Assembly: GCA_964518425.1 (NCBI GenBank)
Contig: CAZFGG010000003.1
Location: forward strand, 9,634 to 73,633
Origin: an uncultured Gammaproteobacteria bacterium
Lineage (GTDB): Bacteria > Patescibacteriota > Patescibacteriia > SBBC01 > CAIJZX01
Reading direction: 5' to 3'
DNA: 64,000 nt
Part shown: one piece after another, positions 10,016 to 19,738 of the stretch
Numbering within the stretch: the stretch's first letter is position 1
Layout of the letters: every line of letters begins with the position of its first letter
The notes under the pieces: model-generated
What the model saw: the letters and a program-made list of their open reading frames with translations, nothing else
Database searches by the model: none
Told to the model about the DNA's origin: nothing
Translations under genes and position numbers: made by a program

Positions 10016-10446
10016 GGAAAATCAATTTCACTATTCGGCTAACCAAACTCTCCGACTGCCCTGCCTGCCAACGCCTTGGCCGCGTACCGGAAATCGCTAT
10101 CGCTCCAGGTTGGTATTTACCTCTCGAATATTACCGGCGAGTGGTTCGTAGCAAACACATTTTTCTGGTGGCTGAAATGAAGAAAAAGATTATCGGTTTT
10201 GTCATCTTTGAAAAAATCGAGGCTGGCTTTCTCGGGCAATACGTTGTTGTTCATAAGAAATTCCGACATCATGGCATAGGGCTAGCGCTGTTACGTGCGG
10301 CCGAAACCGAAGCGAAAAAACGCGGCGCCTATTTTCTCCTCGGGTATGCCGTGGCAAAAAGCCAAGGCGTGCAAAAAGCCCTCAAGCACTTGGGTTATCG
10401 GCGTGGGCAATTGACGTATGAGTGGAGTAAGGGGTTGAGTCGGTAG
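10012..10446 (+). CDS. GNAT family acetyltransferase
   Basis: VVHKKFRHHGIGLALL acetyl-CoA motif A; ATGA overlap with smpB. Confidence 0.8.
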   Translation: MRKINFTIRLTKLSDCPACQRLGRVPEIAIAPGWYLPLEYYRRVVRSKHIFLVAEMKKKIIGFVIFEKIEAGFLGQYVVVHKKFRHHGIGLALLRAAETEAKKRGAYFLLGYAVAKSQGVQKALKHLGYRRGQLTYEWSKGLSR

Positions 10447-10450
10447 ACAT

Positions 10451-10480
10451 AAAAAAACCGTGGCGTTGCCGGCCGCGGTT
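10451..10480 (-). terminator. Intrinsic terminator
   Basis: AACCGCGGC/GCCACGGTT stem followed by a T-run on the minus strand. Confidence 0.6.
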
Positions 10481-10548
10481 AGTTGCTATGTTGCACAAAT
10501 ATTGTTTCTGAAGGTGCTATCTTATGATGTGGCCGGCAGGTGGTGTTC

Positions 10549-11007
10549 CTAGTACGGCAGTTCTTGAAGCTCTGGGTTCAGTAACATGAGATACATTTCA
10601 CGCCTATTTCCGTCCTCACGGCGGCGAGAATCAAGCATGCCGTCTTCGCAATACTCATACCAGCGACCAGCGGCTTGCTCAGGTTGAAGGTTGATCCGGG
10701 CCATGTCATCCAGACCAATGGGCATCAACTCGACGAACTCTTCAAGCACCGCTAGCGTGACAAAGGCGATTTCGGGAGCAGGGTAGCGTCCCTCAAAACC
10801 AGCTTTGAGCGTCTCGCTCATGGTTTGAAGTTCGTCGCCGGTGTGAATGCCTCGAACGACTTTGTTCCGTTTGAGCGTCTCAAACACGAACCACCATCCG
10901 AGCCAATCGATGTGCCGCAACTGATTGAACAGTGTCTGGCTAAAGGATGTGTTATCCTTCCGCTCCCACTGCTCAACTTTCCGAGCAACATCTCTAATCC
11001 TATTCAT
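10549..11007 (-). CDS. Hypothetical protein
   Basis: 152-aa ORF with SD GGAGG and a downstream terminator. Confidence 0.7.
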   Translation of the reverse strand: MNRIRDVARKVEQWERKDNTSFSQTLFNQLRHIDWLGWWFVFETLKRNKVVRGIHTGDELQTMSETLKAGFEGRYPAPEIAFVTLAVLEEFVELMPIGLDDMARINLQPEQAAGRWYEYCEDGMLDSRRREDGNRREMYLMLLNPELQELPY

Positions 11008-11122
11008 GTCCCCTCCGAGACAACTGCCGGTGACACAATGTCATCGGTCAGTTCATCGGAAAAGACGGCGGAAAGAACGACTTGCCAGGCTACACCAAAA
11101 TAGCCTTTTTGTCAATGCTAGC

Positions 11123-11151
11123 TTGACAAATCCCTTATTTTCCCCTATACT
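11123..11151 (+). promoter_or_regulatory. Sigma70 promoter of ssrA
   Basis: TTGACA-17 nt-TATACT. Confidence 0.8.
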
Positions 11152-11219
11152 CTAGCCATTCAGTTAACGTTTTGGACCTTCGCCAGTCATCATTCAGCCA
11201 CGCGCTACAATGGTGACCG

Positions 11220-11622
11220 GGGGATGTTCAAACGTCGATCGATCGTTGATAGCTCGATTGGTATCATGCCGAACCGCCGACAACTTCGTAAAAATGTCGG
11301 ACATGATAAGTGCCAATACACTTCTCAGCAAACTTCGGACCGCGGTAGCTCGCGCTTTCGCGACCCCGTCGTTTGTTCCCGCCTTCGCTTAATACCGTTG
11401 GCGCATCCGTCTCCTGACTCCGGTTAGGGAATCACGGGTGTCACTTCACCGGACCGATTGGTAGACCGTTCAGTCCTAGCAATCGGTATTGTCTGAACAC
11501 CGTCATCACGACTTCTCGTTCGTTGTCTACGTGGTGACGTTATCCAACAGCGGACTATGCATGTAAGACGTACTATCGGGATATCCGTCGCCACGCGGGT
11601 GCAAGACCCGCCATCTCCACCA
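11220..11622 (+). ncRNA. ssrA: tmRNA; tag ANTLLSKLRTAVARAFATPSFVPAFA* at 11312-11392
   Basis: GGGGATG/CATCTCC-ACCA acceptor stem with G3-U pair, T arm GCGGG-TGCAAGA-CCCGC, tag ending AFA, close to smpB. Confidence 0.92.
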
Positions 11623-11628
11623 AAAGCT

Positions 11629-11657
11629 ACTGTCCGAAAGGATGGTCGTTTTTGTTT
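11629..11657 (+). terminator. ssrA terminator
   Basis: ACTGTCC-GAAA-GGATGGT hairpin followed by a T-rich tract. Confidence 0.6.
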
Positions 11658-11690
11658 CTGCTCTCATGGTGTGCTACAGTGAATTGAGAA

Positions 11691-12164
11691 ATGAGTTCGA
11701 AAAAAAGCTCCATTCTCCCAATCGCCGTTATGGCTCTGGCCATTGTCGCGTTTTTGTTCGTCATCAACTGGGCGATCACGCCGAACCAAAAATTGCCATG
11801 GTTGACCAATAGTAGTCAGGTCAAGACGACGAACACAAACACTTCCCCTGAAGGAACAAACGTCGTGTTAGCCGGCAAGGTCTGGATATATGGTTGTCCG
11901 GCTCAGCGGGTGAATACTCCTTGCGGTGGACCGCCGCCCACCAGCGACACTATTGTGGTGTACTCTGGCAACCGATCGACGGTCGTCGCGAAACAACAGT
12001 ATGGTCAAAACGGCTCGTTCCATTTCTCGTTACCAGCTGGAACCTACATCCTGGCTCTCGGAACGTATGGCCTCAGCTCCGGTCAAAATGAGCGACAAGT
12101 GACGCTCACATCCGGCCATGACGTGACCGATCTGTCGATTCAACTCGATAGCGGGATACGATAG
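11691..12164 (+). CDS. Membrane-anchored protein with a carboxypeptidase-regulatory/prealbumin-like beta-sandwich
   Basis: Shared N-terminal anchor; NGSFHFSLPAGTY and DSGIR C-terminus. Confidence 0.7.
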   Translation: MSSKKSSILPIAVMALAIVAFLFVINWAITPNQKLPWLTNSSQVKTTNTNTSPEGTNVVLAGKVWIYGCPAQRVNTPCGGPPPTSDTIVVYSGNRSTVVAKQQYGQNGSFHFSLPAGTYILALGTYGLSSGQNERQVTLTSGHDVTDLSIQLDSGIR

Positions 12165-12200
12165 CTCAAAAACAGCTTTTCTGCTATCCTGTAAGTAGAG

Positions 12201-12644
12201 ATGCTCGAGGTCACAACACGTAAAGGAAGTGTTCTCCCCATCGCCGTCATGGCCTTTGCCATCGTGGCCTTTTTGTTCGTTATGGATTGGGCCGTCAATC
12301 CGCACCAGCGATGGCCGTGGTCGACAACTTCTGCGTCCAAAAACACAAACATCGTAGCCTGTACCCAAGAAGCCAAACTTTGTCCTGATGGAAGTTACGT
12401 TGGTCGGACTGGGCGGGACTGTGCGTTCGCGACCTGTCCGAGTGTGAACGCTAACATGTCCATCAATTCATCAAACTACAACACGAATAGTCCAGAACTC
12501 ACTCCCCAAGAGGACAAGAATAATGCCAATAGCAACACCAACGAATCAGTCTCCTGTGGCGACGCGGCCTACCGTTGTCCTGATGGCAGCTTCGTCTTCG
12601 AGGTTCCCCCGACCTGTCACTTCGCCGCCTGCCCTGGCACCTAG
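12201..12644 (+). CDS. Membrane-anchored protein with two Cys-rich CPDGS repeats
   Basis: ACTQEAKLCPDGSYVGR..CAFATCP and a second copy; shared N-terminal anchor. Confidence 0.75.
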   Translation: MLEVTTRKGSVLPIAVMAFAIVAFLFVMDWAVNPHQRWPWSTTSASKNTNIVACTQEAKLCPDGSYVGRTGRDCAFATCPSVNANMSINSSNYNTNSPELTPQEDKNNANSNTNESVSCGDAAYRCPDGSFVFEVPPTCHFAACPGT

Positions 12645-12723
12645 ATGTTTCTTGCGCTCCCTTAACCCTTCCGCTATACTCCTTGCAGATAAATTCCTGC
12701 CTTGACTAGTAACCAGCAAAACA

Positions 12724-13236
12724 ATTAGCGCTCGACGGTACCGCGTGAACGCGCAGATCCGCGTGCCGGAAGTCTCGGTCATCGACGAGACCGGGAAGCA
12801 CGTGGGAAATCTACCCACCGCCGACGCCTTGGCCCTCGCTCAACAGCGTGGCTATGATTTAGTTGAGATCGCGCCAATGGCCAAGCCGCCAGTCTGCAAG
12901 ATTCTTGATTTCGGCGCCTTCCAATTCCAACTTGAAAAGAAAGAACGCAAAGCCAAAGCCCACCAGAAGAAGGTTGAACTGAAGGGTATCCGCTTGACCT
13001 TCAAAATGGGCCCGCATGACCGCGACACCCGTAAAGCCCAGACGGCTAAGTTTTTGGAAGAAGGCCATAAAGTCCAGTTAGAAATGCGGCTGCGCGGCCG
13101 GGAAAACGCCCTCAAGGACCTCGCCAAGCAAGGGATGCTGGCCTTCGCTCAAGACCTTGGTTTCCCAGTCACGATTGAAACGGCACTCAACCAGGCCGGC
13201 AACCGGCTAACAATGATCATCGGCAAAAAGCGTTAA
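12724..13236 (+). CDS. infC: Translation initiation factor IF-3 (ATT start)
   Basis: N..IR...V, DLVEIAP.AKPPVCKILDFG; in-frame ATT at 12724, the usual autoregulatory start. Confidence 0.95.
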   Translation: MSARRYRVNAQIRVPEVSVIDETGKHVGNLPTADALALAQQRGYDLVEIAPMAKPPVCKILDFGAFQFQLEKKERKAKAHQKKVELKGIRLTFKMGPHDRDTRKAQTAKFLEEGHKVQLEMRLRGRENALKDLAKQGMLAFAQDLGFPVTIETALNQAGNRLTMIIGKKR

Positions 13237-13267
13237 TCTTGCCTGCCCAGAAATTCGCGAGGGCGGG

Positions 13268-13296
13268 TTGACGTGATTTTAAGGTTCGTGTACACT
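13268..13296 (+). promoter_or_regulatory. Promoter of rpmI-rplT
   Basis: TTGACG-17 nt-TACACT, 11 nt before the ATG. Confidence 0.65.
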
Positions 13297-13307
13297 CTTT
13301 CCGCATT

Positions 13308-13514
13308 ATGTCCAAGCTCAAGCTCAAAACCCACCAAGCCACGGCCAAACGGTTTCGCCAAACCGCTGGCGGTAAATTTATGAAACGGGCCGCCGGCCAG
13401 GACCATTTTAATTCCCGTGACCGCGGTGTAAAAACCATGGGCAAGCGACGCGATACGGTGGTGGCTGAGGTCAACGTTCCAGCAGTCAAGCGGCTGCTCC
13501 CCTATTCCTCATAA
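13308..13514 (+). CDS. rpmI: 50S ribosomal protein L35
   Basis: KLKTHQATAKRF; synteny with infC and rplT. Confidence 0.93.
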   Translation: MSKLKLKTHQATAKRFRQTAGGKFMKRAAGQDHFNSRDRGVKTMGKRRDTVVAEVNVPAVKRLLPYSS

Positions 13515-13517
13515 CCG

Positions 13518-13862
13518 ATGCGCGTAAAACGCGGTGTCGCCCACCTCAAGCGGCGAAAAAATTTACTGAAGCAGACCAAAGGTTTTCGTTGGAAACGGAA
13601 ATCCTCGATTCGGCTTGGCCGCCAAGCCGCCGTCCGGGCTGGCCGACATGCCTACCAGGATCGCAAGTTAAAGAAGCGTGATTTCCGGGCGTTGTGGCAA
13701 ATACGCATCAATGCGGGCGTTCGACCCTTTGACCTGAGCTACAGCCAATTCATCCACAAGCTCAAGGTGGCCAAAATTGAACTCGATCGGAAAGTATTGT
13801 CCGATTTAGCCGCCAATCAACCCGAGGTTTTTTCGGCCATCGTCAAGTTGGTCAACAGGTAA
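13518..13862 (+). CDS. rplT: 50S ribosomal protein L20
   Basis: RVKRG, KKRDFRALWQIRINA, LDRKVLSDLA. Confidence 0.97.
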   Translation: MRVKRGVAHLKRRKNLLKQTKGFRWKRKSSIRLGRQAAVRAGRHAYQDRKLKKRDFRALWQIRINAGVRPFDLSYSQFIHKLKVAKIELDRKVLSDLAANQPEVFSAIVKLVNR

Positions 13863-13954
13863 GTATTCAGTCACCGGGGCGTCATAGTGAGGTGAGGCGG
13901 GCCGTTTTTTGTTATCTATGCTATGCTAGTCTTAGCAAATAAATAACTACGCCT

Positions 13955-15907
13955 ATGCGACATACCATGTTCAAAGCCATCGCGGTCCTGACCGCCATGT
14001 TTTCGTTGTTCATGACCAGCGTTCTACCGGTCGCCGCTAAAGTTGGCGATGTCCGGACATTCTTTAGTAAAACCTATGGCGGTGACGGTGGGGACGCGAA
14101 TAGTGCCTTCCTCGATACGCCTCAAGGATTCCTCGCCGATAGTTCATGCAATCTGTACATTGCCGATACAGGTAATTACGTCATTAGAAAAATTGATACC
14201 AGTAATATCATCACGACCTACGCCGGTTCAAACAAGTACGATAAGAATAATGGCGCCCTACGGACAGCCTCGTTCCGATCGCCAACTGATATCGTTATGA
14301 GTTCGACCGGAGAATTCTATGTCAGCGATGCCGACACGAATTCTATTCGTTTAATATCCGGCTCAGTGGTCAGTACCTGGTTGAGTAACCTGAAACAACC
14401 GCAGGGCGTCGCCACTGATGGCACGTCACTGTTTGTCTCCGACACGGGGCACAATAAAATCCTGAAAGTAAACTTGACGACGAAATCGGCATCAACCTTG
14501 GCCACGCTCACCAGCCCGGGAAAAATGGTTATTCTGAATGGCACGATTTATGTCGTCCACGCTGGCTACACCGCTCTGGCGGCCGTCGACATGACTACCG
14601 GGAATGTGACCGATCTCAAGACCGGCATGCAAGATACCGAGGGTGTGACGACGTACAATAGCCAAATCTACTTCATCTCCGGCACGAATGGGACCTGGAA
14701 CTCGCTGTGGCAATATAACCCCAGTGGCGGAGCAATCACCCTCCTCCAAAATGTTCCAGAAACCGAGTGGTATAACCATGCCTCTGATCTGCTCTTTTGC
14801 GGCGGGAAAATGTACATCCTCTTCAAGGCCGGATCGAGCATCTTCACGGCTGATCTGGATGGCAGTAACCCAGTAAAAATTGCCGGACTCCACCGCTGGA
14901 ATGATCGCAACGGCGCGCTCAGCCAAGCCCTGACTGGCCGACCAACCGCTATGGCTTTGTCCCCCGATGGCAAGAAGGTCTACCTCATCGAGAACGAGAA
15001 GATCAAGGTCATCAACCTCAAGGCAAAAACCTTATCGTTCTTGGCTGGTCATGCCGACGATAACTACGTTGATGGCGTCGGCGGGGCTGCCCGGTTCAGC
15101 GGCGTCCAGCAAATCGTCATGTCGCCTGGCGGGACGAAAATCTACCTGGCCGACCGGAATAACAACCGTATCCGCGTCTTCGATCTTAAAACGTTGACGC
15201 TCTCCACGCTGACTGGAGCGGGCGGATTCAATCTCTTCAATGGCACGGCCAATGCCTATGCCGAAGGCGGACCATGTACGACAACGACCCTAGGGGTGGC
15301 CGGCTGCGCTTACTTTGACCGGCCGACCGGCATTGCCATCAGCAAGAATGGTAAAACGCTCTATGTCGCCGACAGCTTCAACCATCGAATCCGAACGGTT
15401 GACGTAGCAACCGGAAAAACGAAACTGCTGGCCGGCAGCGGGATCTCGGGCATGAAGGATGGGGTCGGTTCAGCCGCGCGGTTTAAACGGCCGTCGAACC
15501 TCCTGCTTGATAAGAATGGTTTAACCCTCTACGTGGTTGACTCTAGCGCTCACGCGATCAGCGCTATTAACCTTCATACAAAGAAAGTGACTCGCCTGAT
15601 GGGTACTGGTAAGGCCGGTTACCTCGACGGCAAGTGGAATCAAGCGGTCTTGTCCTATCCCGATACGTTGTCCTACGGACCGGCGCACACCTTACTGCTG
15701 ACGGAAGTTGGGAGCCAGCGGGTTCGGACAATCGACCTGACGAAGAAAACCATTAGCCTGGCGGCCGGATCGGGTCAGCGCGGCAATGCCAATGGTGACA
15801 AATCACATGCCACATTCAACCAGCCACGCGGCGTTCTCCTCATCTCGCCACACACCGCCTTGGTCGCCGACCAGCTGAACGATCTGATTCGCACGATAAA
15901 CCTGTAG
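13955..15907 (+). CDS. Secreted NHL-repeat beta-propeller protein
   Basis: Signal peptide; repeated F..P.GIA...LYVAD..NHRIR units. Confidence 0.85.
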   Translation: MRHTMFKAIAVLTAMFSLFMTSVLPVAAKVGDVRTFFSKTYGGDGGDANSAFLDTPQGFLADSSCNLYIADTGNYVIRKIDTSNIITTYAGSNKYDKNNGALRTASFRSPTDIVMSSTGEFYVSDADTNSIRLISGSVVSTWLSNLKQPQGVATDGTSLFVSDTGHNKILKVNLTTKSASTLATLTSPGKMVILNGTIYVVHAGYTALAAVDMTTGNVTDLKTGMQDTEGVTTYNSQIYFISGTNGTWNSLWQYNPSGGAITLLQNVPETEWYNHASDLLFCGGKMYILFKAGSSIFTADLDGSNPVKIAGLHRWNDRNGALSQALTGRPTAMALSPDGKKVYLIENEKIKVINLKAKTLSFLAGHADDNYVDGVGGAARFSGVQQIVMSPGGTKIYLADRNNNRIRVFDLKTLTLSTLTGAGGFNLFNGTANAYAEGGPCTTTTLGVAGCAYFDRPTGIAISKNGKTLYVADSFNHRIRTVDVATGKTKLLAGSGISGMKDGVGSAARFKRPSNLLLDKNGLTLYVVDSSAHAISAINLHTKKVTRLMGTGKAGYLDGKWNQAVLSYPDTLSYGPAHTLLLTEVGSQRVRTIDLTKKTISLAAGSGQRGNANGDKSHATFNQPRGVLLISPHTALVADQLNDLIRTINL

Positions 15908-15921
15908 CAAGAGTTTACTCC

Positions 15922-15954
15922 GACATCCAACGTCCCGGACAGGCGTTGGATGTC
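15922..15954. terminator. Hairpin after the NHL gene
   Basis: GACATCCAACG/CGTTGGATGTC 11-bp inverted repeat. Confidence 0.55.
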
Positions 15955-16031
15955 TTGCGTACCAAGAATTCACCTGGACAATCTCTCACCGTGGTGCTAC
16001 ACTCCAGCCCGACGTATTTTTGTGTCAGTCT

Positions 16032-16107
16032 GGACCCATAGTGTAGCGGTTAACACGTCTCCCTGTCACGGAGAAGATCGGGGGTTCGAATCCCCCTGGG
16101 TCCGCCA
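16032..16107 (+). tRNA. tRNA-Asp(GTC)
   Basis: Cloverleaf with GGACCCA/TGGGTCC stem, anticodon loop CTGTCAC, TTCGAAT, encoded CCA. Confidence 0.96.
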
Positions 16108-16959
16108 ATGCCCCCGCCCATCGGTCTCGAGGGTGATGTTGCCGTCCTGATCGGTTCGTAAAATCTTCGCGCCAATACGTTGAAGATGGAGCACGGCGGT
16201 TGGGTGGGGATGATGATAGTGATTATGCAGGCCAACCGAAATAACTGCCCAAACCGGTTGAACGGCCGCCAGAAATCTCGGACCCGAGGAGAATCGTGAC
16301 CCATGGTGACCGACTTTAAGCAGATCAGCTCGAACGTTGGCGCCGCTATCGAGAATCCGATCTTCAATGTCCGTCGACGCATCGCCCATCAACATTGCTC
16401 GACTTCCGTCGCAGGCTAATCGAAGCACAATGGAACTATCGTTCACTCCCCCGCCATTCGCAGCGTTGTCATGGTCAATCGTTTCGTGGGATAGGTCACG
16501 ACCGGGCCAGAGGACATCGAGAGTTGCTGTCCCGACGTGGTATCGTTGACCTGCCACCGCCACATGCTCAGGAACATGTTGGCGATTCAATTGGTCTAAC
16601 CACGCGGCGTACGCGCCTTGACGAAACTTCAGTTCTGTTAACAGCACTTGCCGGACAACAAATCGTTGGGTTACGGCTACTAAGCCGTTGACATGATCCG
16701 CGTGCGGATGCGTCAAGACAACCAGTTCGAGATCCCGGTCTCCGGGTGGCAAAGCCCGGCTGAGTTTTTGGACCACCGTGTCATCGGGTCCGCCATCAAT
16801 CAAAATATCTTGGCCGTCCGATGTTCGAATAAACAGGCTATCACCTTGACCGATATCAAGGGCAGTAAATGTACAGCCCTGATGGACGGGGTGGGGCACG
16901 TGGCCAGCACCAAGCCAAAGGAGAAAGCTACAACTAAGCAGGAAAATTTTCAGACGCAT
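16066..16959 (-). CDS. ComEC-associated metallo-beta-lactamase domain protein
   Basis: DIGQGDS, LIDGG, THPHADH, KVGHHGS, RTD..G. Confidence 0.9.
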   Translation of the reverse strand: MRLKIFLLSCSFLLWLGAGHVPHPVHQGCTFTALDIGQGDSLFIRTSDGQDILIDGGPDDTVVQKLSRALPPGDRDLELVVLTHPHADHVNGLVAVTQRFVVRQVLLTELKFRQGAYAAWLDQLNRQHVPEHVAVAGQRYHVGTATLDVLWPGRDLSHETIDHDNAANGGGVNDSSIVLRLACDGSRAMLMGDASTDIEDRILDSGANVRADLLKVGHHGSRFSSGPRFLAAVQPVWAVISVGLHNHYHHPHPTAVLHLQRIGAKILRTDQDGNITLETDGRGHWRTQGDSNPRSSP

Positions 16960-18361
16960 GGGTATGTCGAAGAAGAGCGGCCGCCAAAGCAACAAATACT
17001 AATCCGCTCGCAGCGGTCAAGGCAAACGGAAGGTACACCAATGACCACGGCCAGGCGGCGGCGGTCGTGATCACGCCGAGCACTATTCTGAGCACAGCGT
17101 CGGTCACCGCAATCACCGGCGTTGCCAACACTGGAATCATCAGACCGACCAAACAGAGCGTTCCTAGGCCCATGGCCAAGGGAATCAGAGGCAAAACAAG
17201 AATGTTTACGAACGATGCAGTCAATGATAACCGTCCGAATTGCCAGAGCAATAGCGGTTCAGTCGTAATGATTGCGGCGAGCGTCGTGGCTAAGTTATCG
17301 CGCAGCCCGAAAATTTCGGGGATGAAGGGCAACTGCTGAGCAAGTGGTTTTGACATGAAGACGAGGCCAATGGTCGCTAGAAACGACAACTGAAAACCCA
17401 GGTCGTGAAGCAGAATCAGCGGGTTCTGCAGCAGCATAATCAGGGCGGTATACGATAACAACCGCGCCGGATGAATCGGCCGACCGAAGAACATGCCGAC
17501 TTGGCCGATGACCGCCATGACCGCCGCCCGGACAACCGACGCTGAAGCGCCGGTCATAACGACAAACAGCAAGACGATGAGCAATCCGGGAATCCAGGCC
17601 CACCGTCGTCCGACTACGCGCACGAGCACGACCATGACGCTGTTGACGATGATCGTCACATTGAATCCCGATAGGGCAATAATGTGCGTTGTGCCGGTGG
17701 CTTGAAAGGCGCGGACGAGTTCGGCCGGCATTCCTGTTTGATTGCCGAGGATAATACCGGACAAAAGTGACGCCTGAGGTTCGTTGAAATTGTAGCGAAT
17801 GAAGTCCACTACCGATGCTTCCGTGTTTGTCAGCCATCGGCGAAGCGATGGCGGGCCGGAAGTGCTGGCCATGACTACCGCATTGAAACAACGACCCTGA
17901 ATTCCGTGCGACCATTGTCGCCATTTGGCTCGAGCGGAAAACGCTTCCAGCTGGCAAGACACGGTGAGCTGCTGGCCGCCCAGGTACTCTGGAAACGGCG
18001 GCAGACTAGCCTGGAGTCGTCCGGTCAGTTGTTCGTTACCACGACGGAGTCCTCGAAGAACAACGACCTGTTGATCGCTGTCATCCGGCAACCCAACAAT
18101 ATCGCCGGTCAGGGTCATGTGCTGACCAATATGCGTCGCCAGACCACTCACCGGCACAGCCGTCATTGTTTGCCACCGCCACACGCCGAATCCAAGACCC
18201 AAGAGAATGAGGGCCGGCAGGCGTGTTCCCCGCCAGGATAGACAAACGCATGAGATGGCCAGCGCACTCCCAACCATGGCTACCGGCGCAGCCCAAAGCT
18301 CGGCCAGGCAAATCCCGCCGCAAAAACCAATCAGGAATGAAAACAAAAATGACCGACGCAT
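16934..18361 (-). CDS. comEC: ComEC/Rec2 competence channel (membrane part)
   Basis: GTTHIIALSGFNV, SASVVRA, GFQLSFLAT. Confidence 0.92.
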   Translation of the reverse strand: MRRSFLFSFLIGFCGGICLAELWAAPVAMVGSALAISCVCLSWRGTRLPALILLGLGFGVWRWQTMTAVPVSGLATHIGQHMTLTGDIVGLPDDSDQQVVVLRGLRRGNEQLTGRLQASLPPFPEYLGGQQLTVSCQLEAFSARAKWRQWSHGIQGRCFNAVVMASTSGPPSLRRWLTNTEASVVDFIRYNFNEPQASLLSGIILGNQTGMPAELVRAFQATGTTHIIALSGFNVTIIVNSVMVVLVRVVGRRWAWIPGLLIVLLFVVMTGASASVVRAAVMAVIGQVGMFFGRPIHPARLLSYTALIMLLQNPLILLHDLGFQLSFLATIGLVFMSKPLAQQLPFIPEIFGLRDNLATTLAAIITTEPLLLWQFGRLSLTASFVNILVLPLIPLAMGLGTLCLVGLMIPVLATPVIAVTDAVLRIVLGVITTAAAWPWSLVYLPFALTAASGLVFVALAAALLRHTHASENFPA

Positions 18362-18423
18362 AGACGCGATTCGGCCACCAACTTGTCGACGTGAACCTAG
18401 CTTAGAATTACTGCTTTGTCAAG

Positions 18424-19543
18424 TTAGACTTTGTCATCACTCCCGGCAACTTTAGGGCGGCCTGCCTTGACCCATCGCAAGTAGGCCTCCATAAACGGCA
18501 GGAGGTCGCCATTCAACACCTGATCGACCTGCGACGTTTCCTGCTTGGTCCGATGATCTTTGACCATCCGATAGGGCTGTAAAACGTACGACCGAATTTG
18601 ATTTCCCCAGGCCGCTTCGTGGTATTCCCCACGCAGTTTTGATTTTTCATCGGCCCGTTTTTGCAACTCAAGTTGATGAAGTTTCGCCTTAAGAATTTTC
18701 ATGGCTGTCTCCTTATTCTGCGTCTGCGATCGCTCATTCTGGACGGAGACCATAATCTTCGTCGGCAAATGGACCACCCGAACAGCCGAGTACGTTGTCT
18801 GGACGCTTTGTCCGCCATGTCCAGACGACAAGAACGTATCAATACGTAAATCTTTCGGATCGATGATTATCGACTCAATCTCTTCAAGCTCTGGCAAGAC
18901 TTCGACCAGGGCGAAGGACGTATGTCGCATTTTTTCCGCGTCAAACGGTGAGATACGGACGAGGCGATGAACACCAGCTTCGGACTTGAGATAGCCGTAG
19001 GCCAGTCGCCCTTGAACCTCAAACGTTATGCTCTTAATCCCCGCTTCTTGGGCGCGGGATTCATCGACGACTTTGGTCTTCCACCCGCGCTGCTCACAGA
19101 ATCGCAGCAGCATCCGCGACAACATCTCCGCCCAGTCCATGGCGTCCGTTCCACCGGTGCCAGCGTGAATACTGACGATCGCATTGGCTTCGTCGTGCTC
19201 ATCGCCGAGAAGTAACAAAAATTCCAGTTGCCGGTACTGGTCCTCAAGTTCAGCGACATGCTTTTCAACTTCGGGCCGCTGGGATTCCTCGGCCATGCCA
19301 GCTAACTCAATCCACGATTGAACTTCTTTTTCTATCTTCTCCCAAGACCCAACTTCATCTTTCAGCTCTTTCAAGAGGCGGCTCTTCGTTTCGGCGGTGG
19401 CCCGGTCAGCCCAAAACTCCGGCTGGCTCATCGCCTCCTCGAGCTCCCCTATCTGTTGTCGTTTTTGATCGAGGTCAAAGTAAGCCCCGTGCCGAAGCGA
19501 TCTTCGTACGGAGCGTCTCCAGTTTTCTGACCAGGTCGTTCAT
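18424..19543 (-). CDS. prfB: Peptide chain release factor 2 with programmed +1 frameshift at CTT-TGA-C (19474-19480)
   Basis: First frame MNDLVRKLETLRTKIASARGLL*, +1 frame DLDQKRQQ...; SPF and GGQ motifs. Confidence 0.95.
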
Positions 19544-19738
19544 GAGAGTAACTCTACAGTATTATGTTTGGGTTGTCGATATTGTCGCGACGCATCACCG
19601 TTTCTAACAAAAATCCGTGGCTCGCCGATTTATCGACTTTGATGAGAGCCCATGAATGGGCAAGTTACGTATCAACCAACCGTCGCCTCGTCCTTCGTCC
19701 TACTTCGCTTGCCCAGTACTACAACGCAGTCGTTAGTG

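Noticed and set aside
11210-11427. ORFs 11210-11392 and 11224-11427
   Set aside because: They lie within the tmRNA; the first simply contains the tag frame
11622-12700. Genomic island integrated at ssrA
   Set aside because: No integrase and no duplicated tmRNA 3' end seen
13238-13268. L20 leader RNA
   Set aside because: Only a weak CCTGCCC/GGGCGGG stem; the region is better explained by the rpmI promoter
18424-19543. prfB pseudogene or TGA recoding (code 25)
   Set aside because: The internal TGA is the canonical frameshift site; RF2 is intact and TGA ends many genes
19564-19738. ncRNA or small ORF upstream of prfB
   Set aside because: No convincing structure or coding signal found by eye
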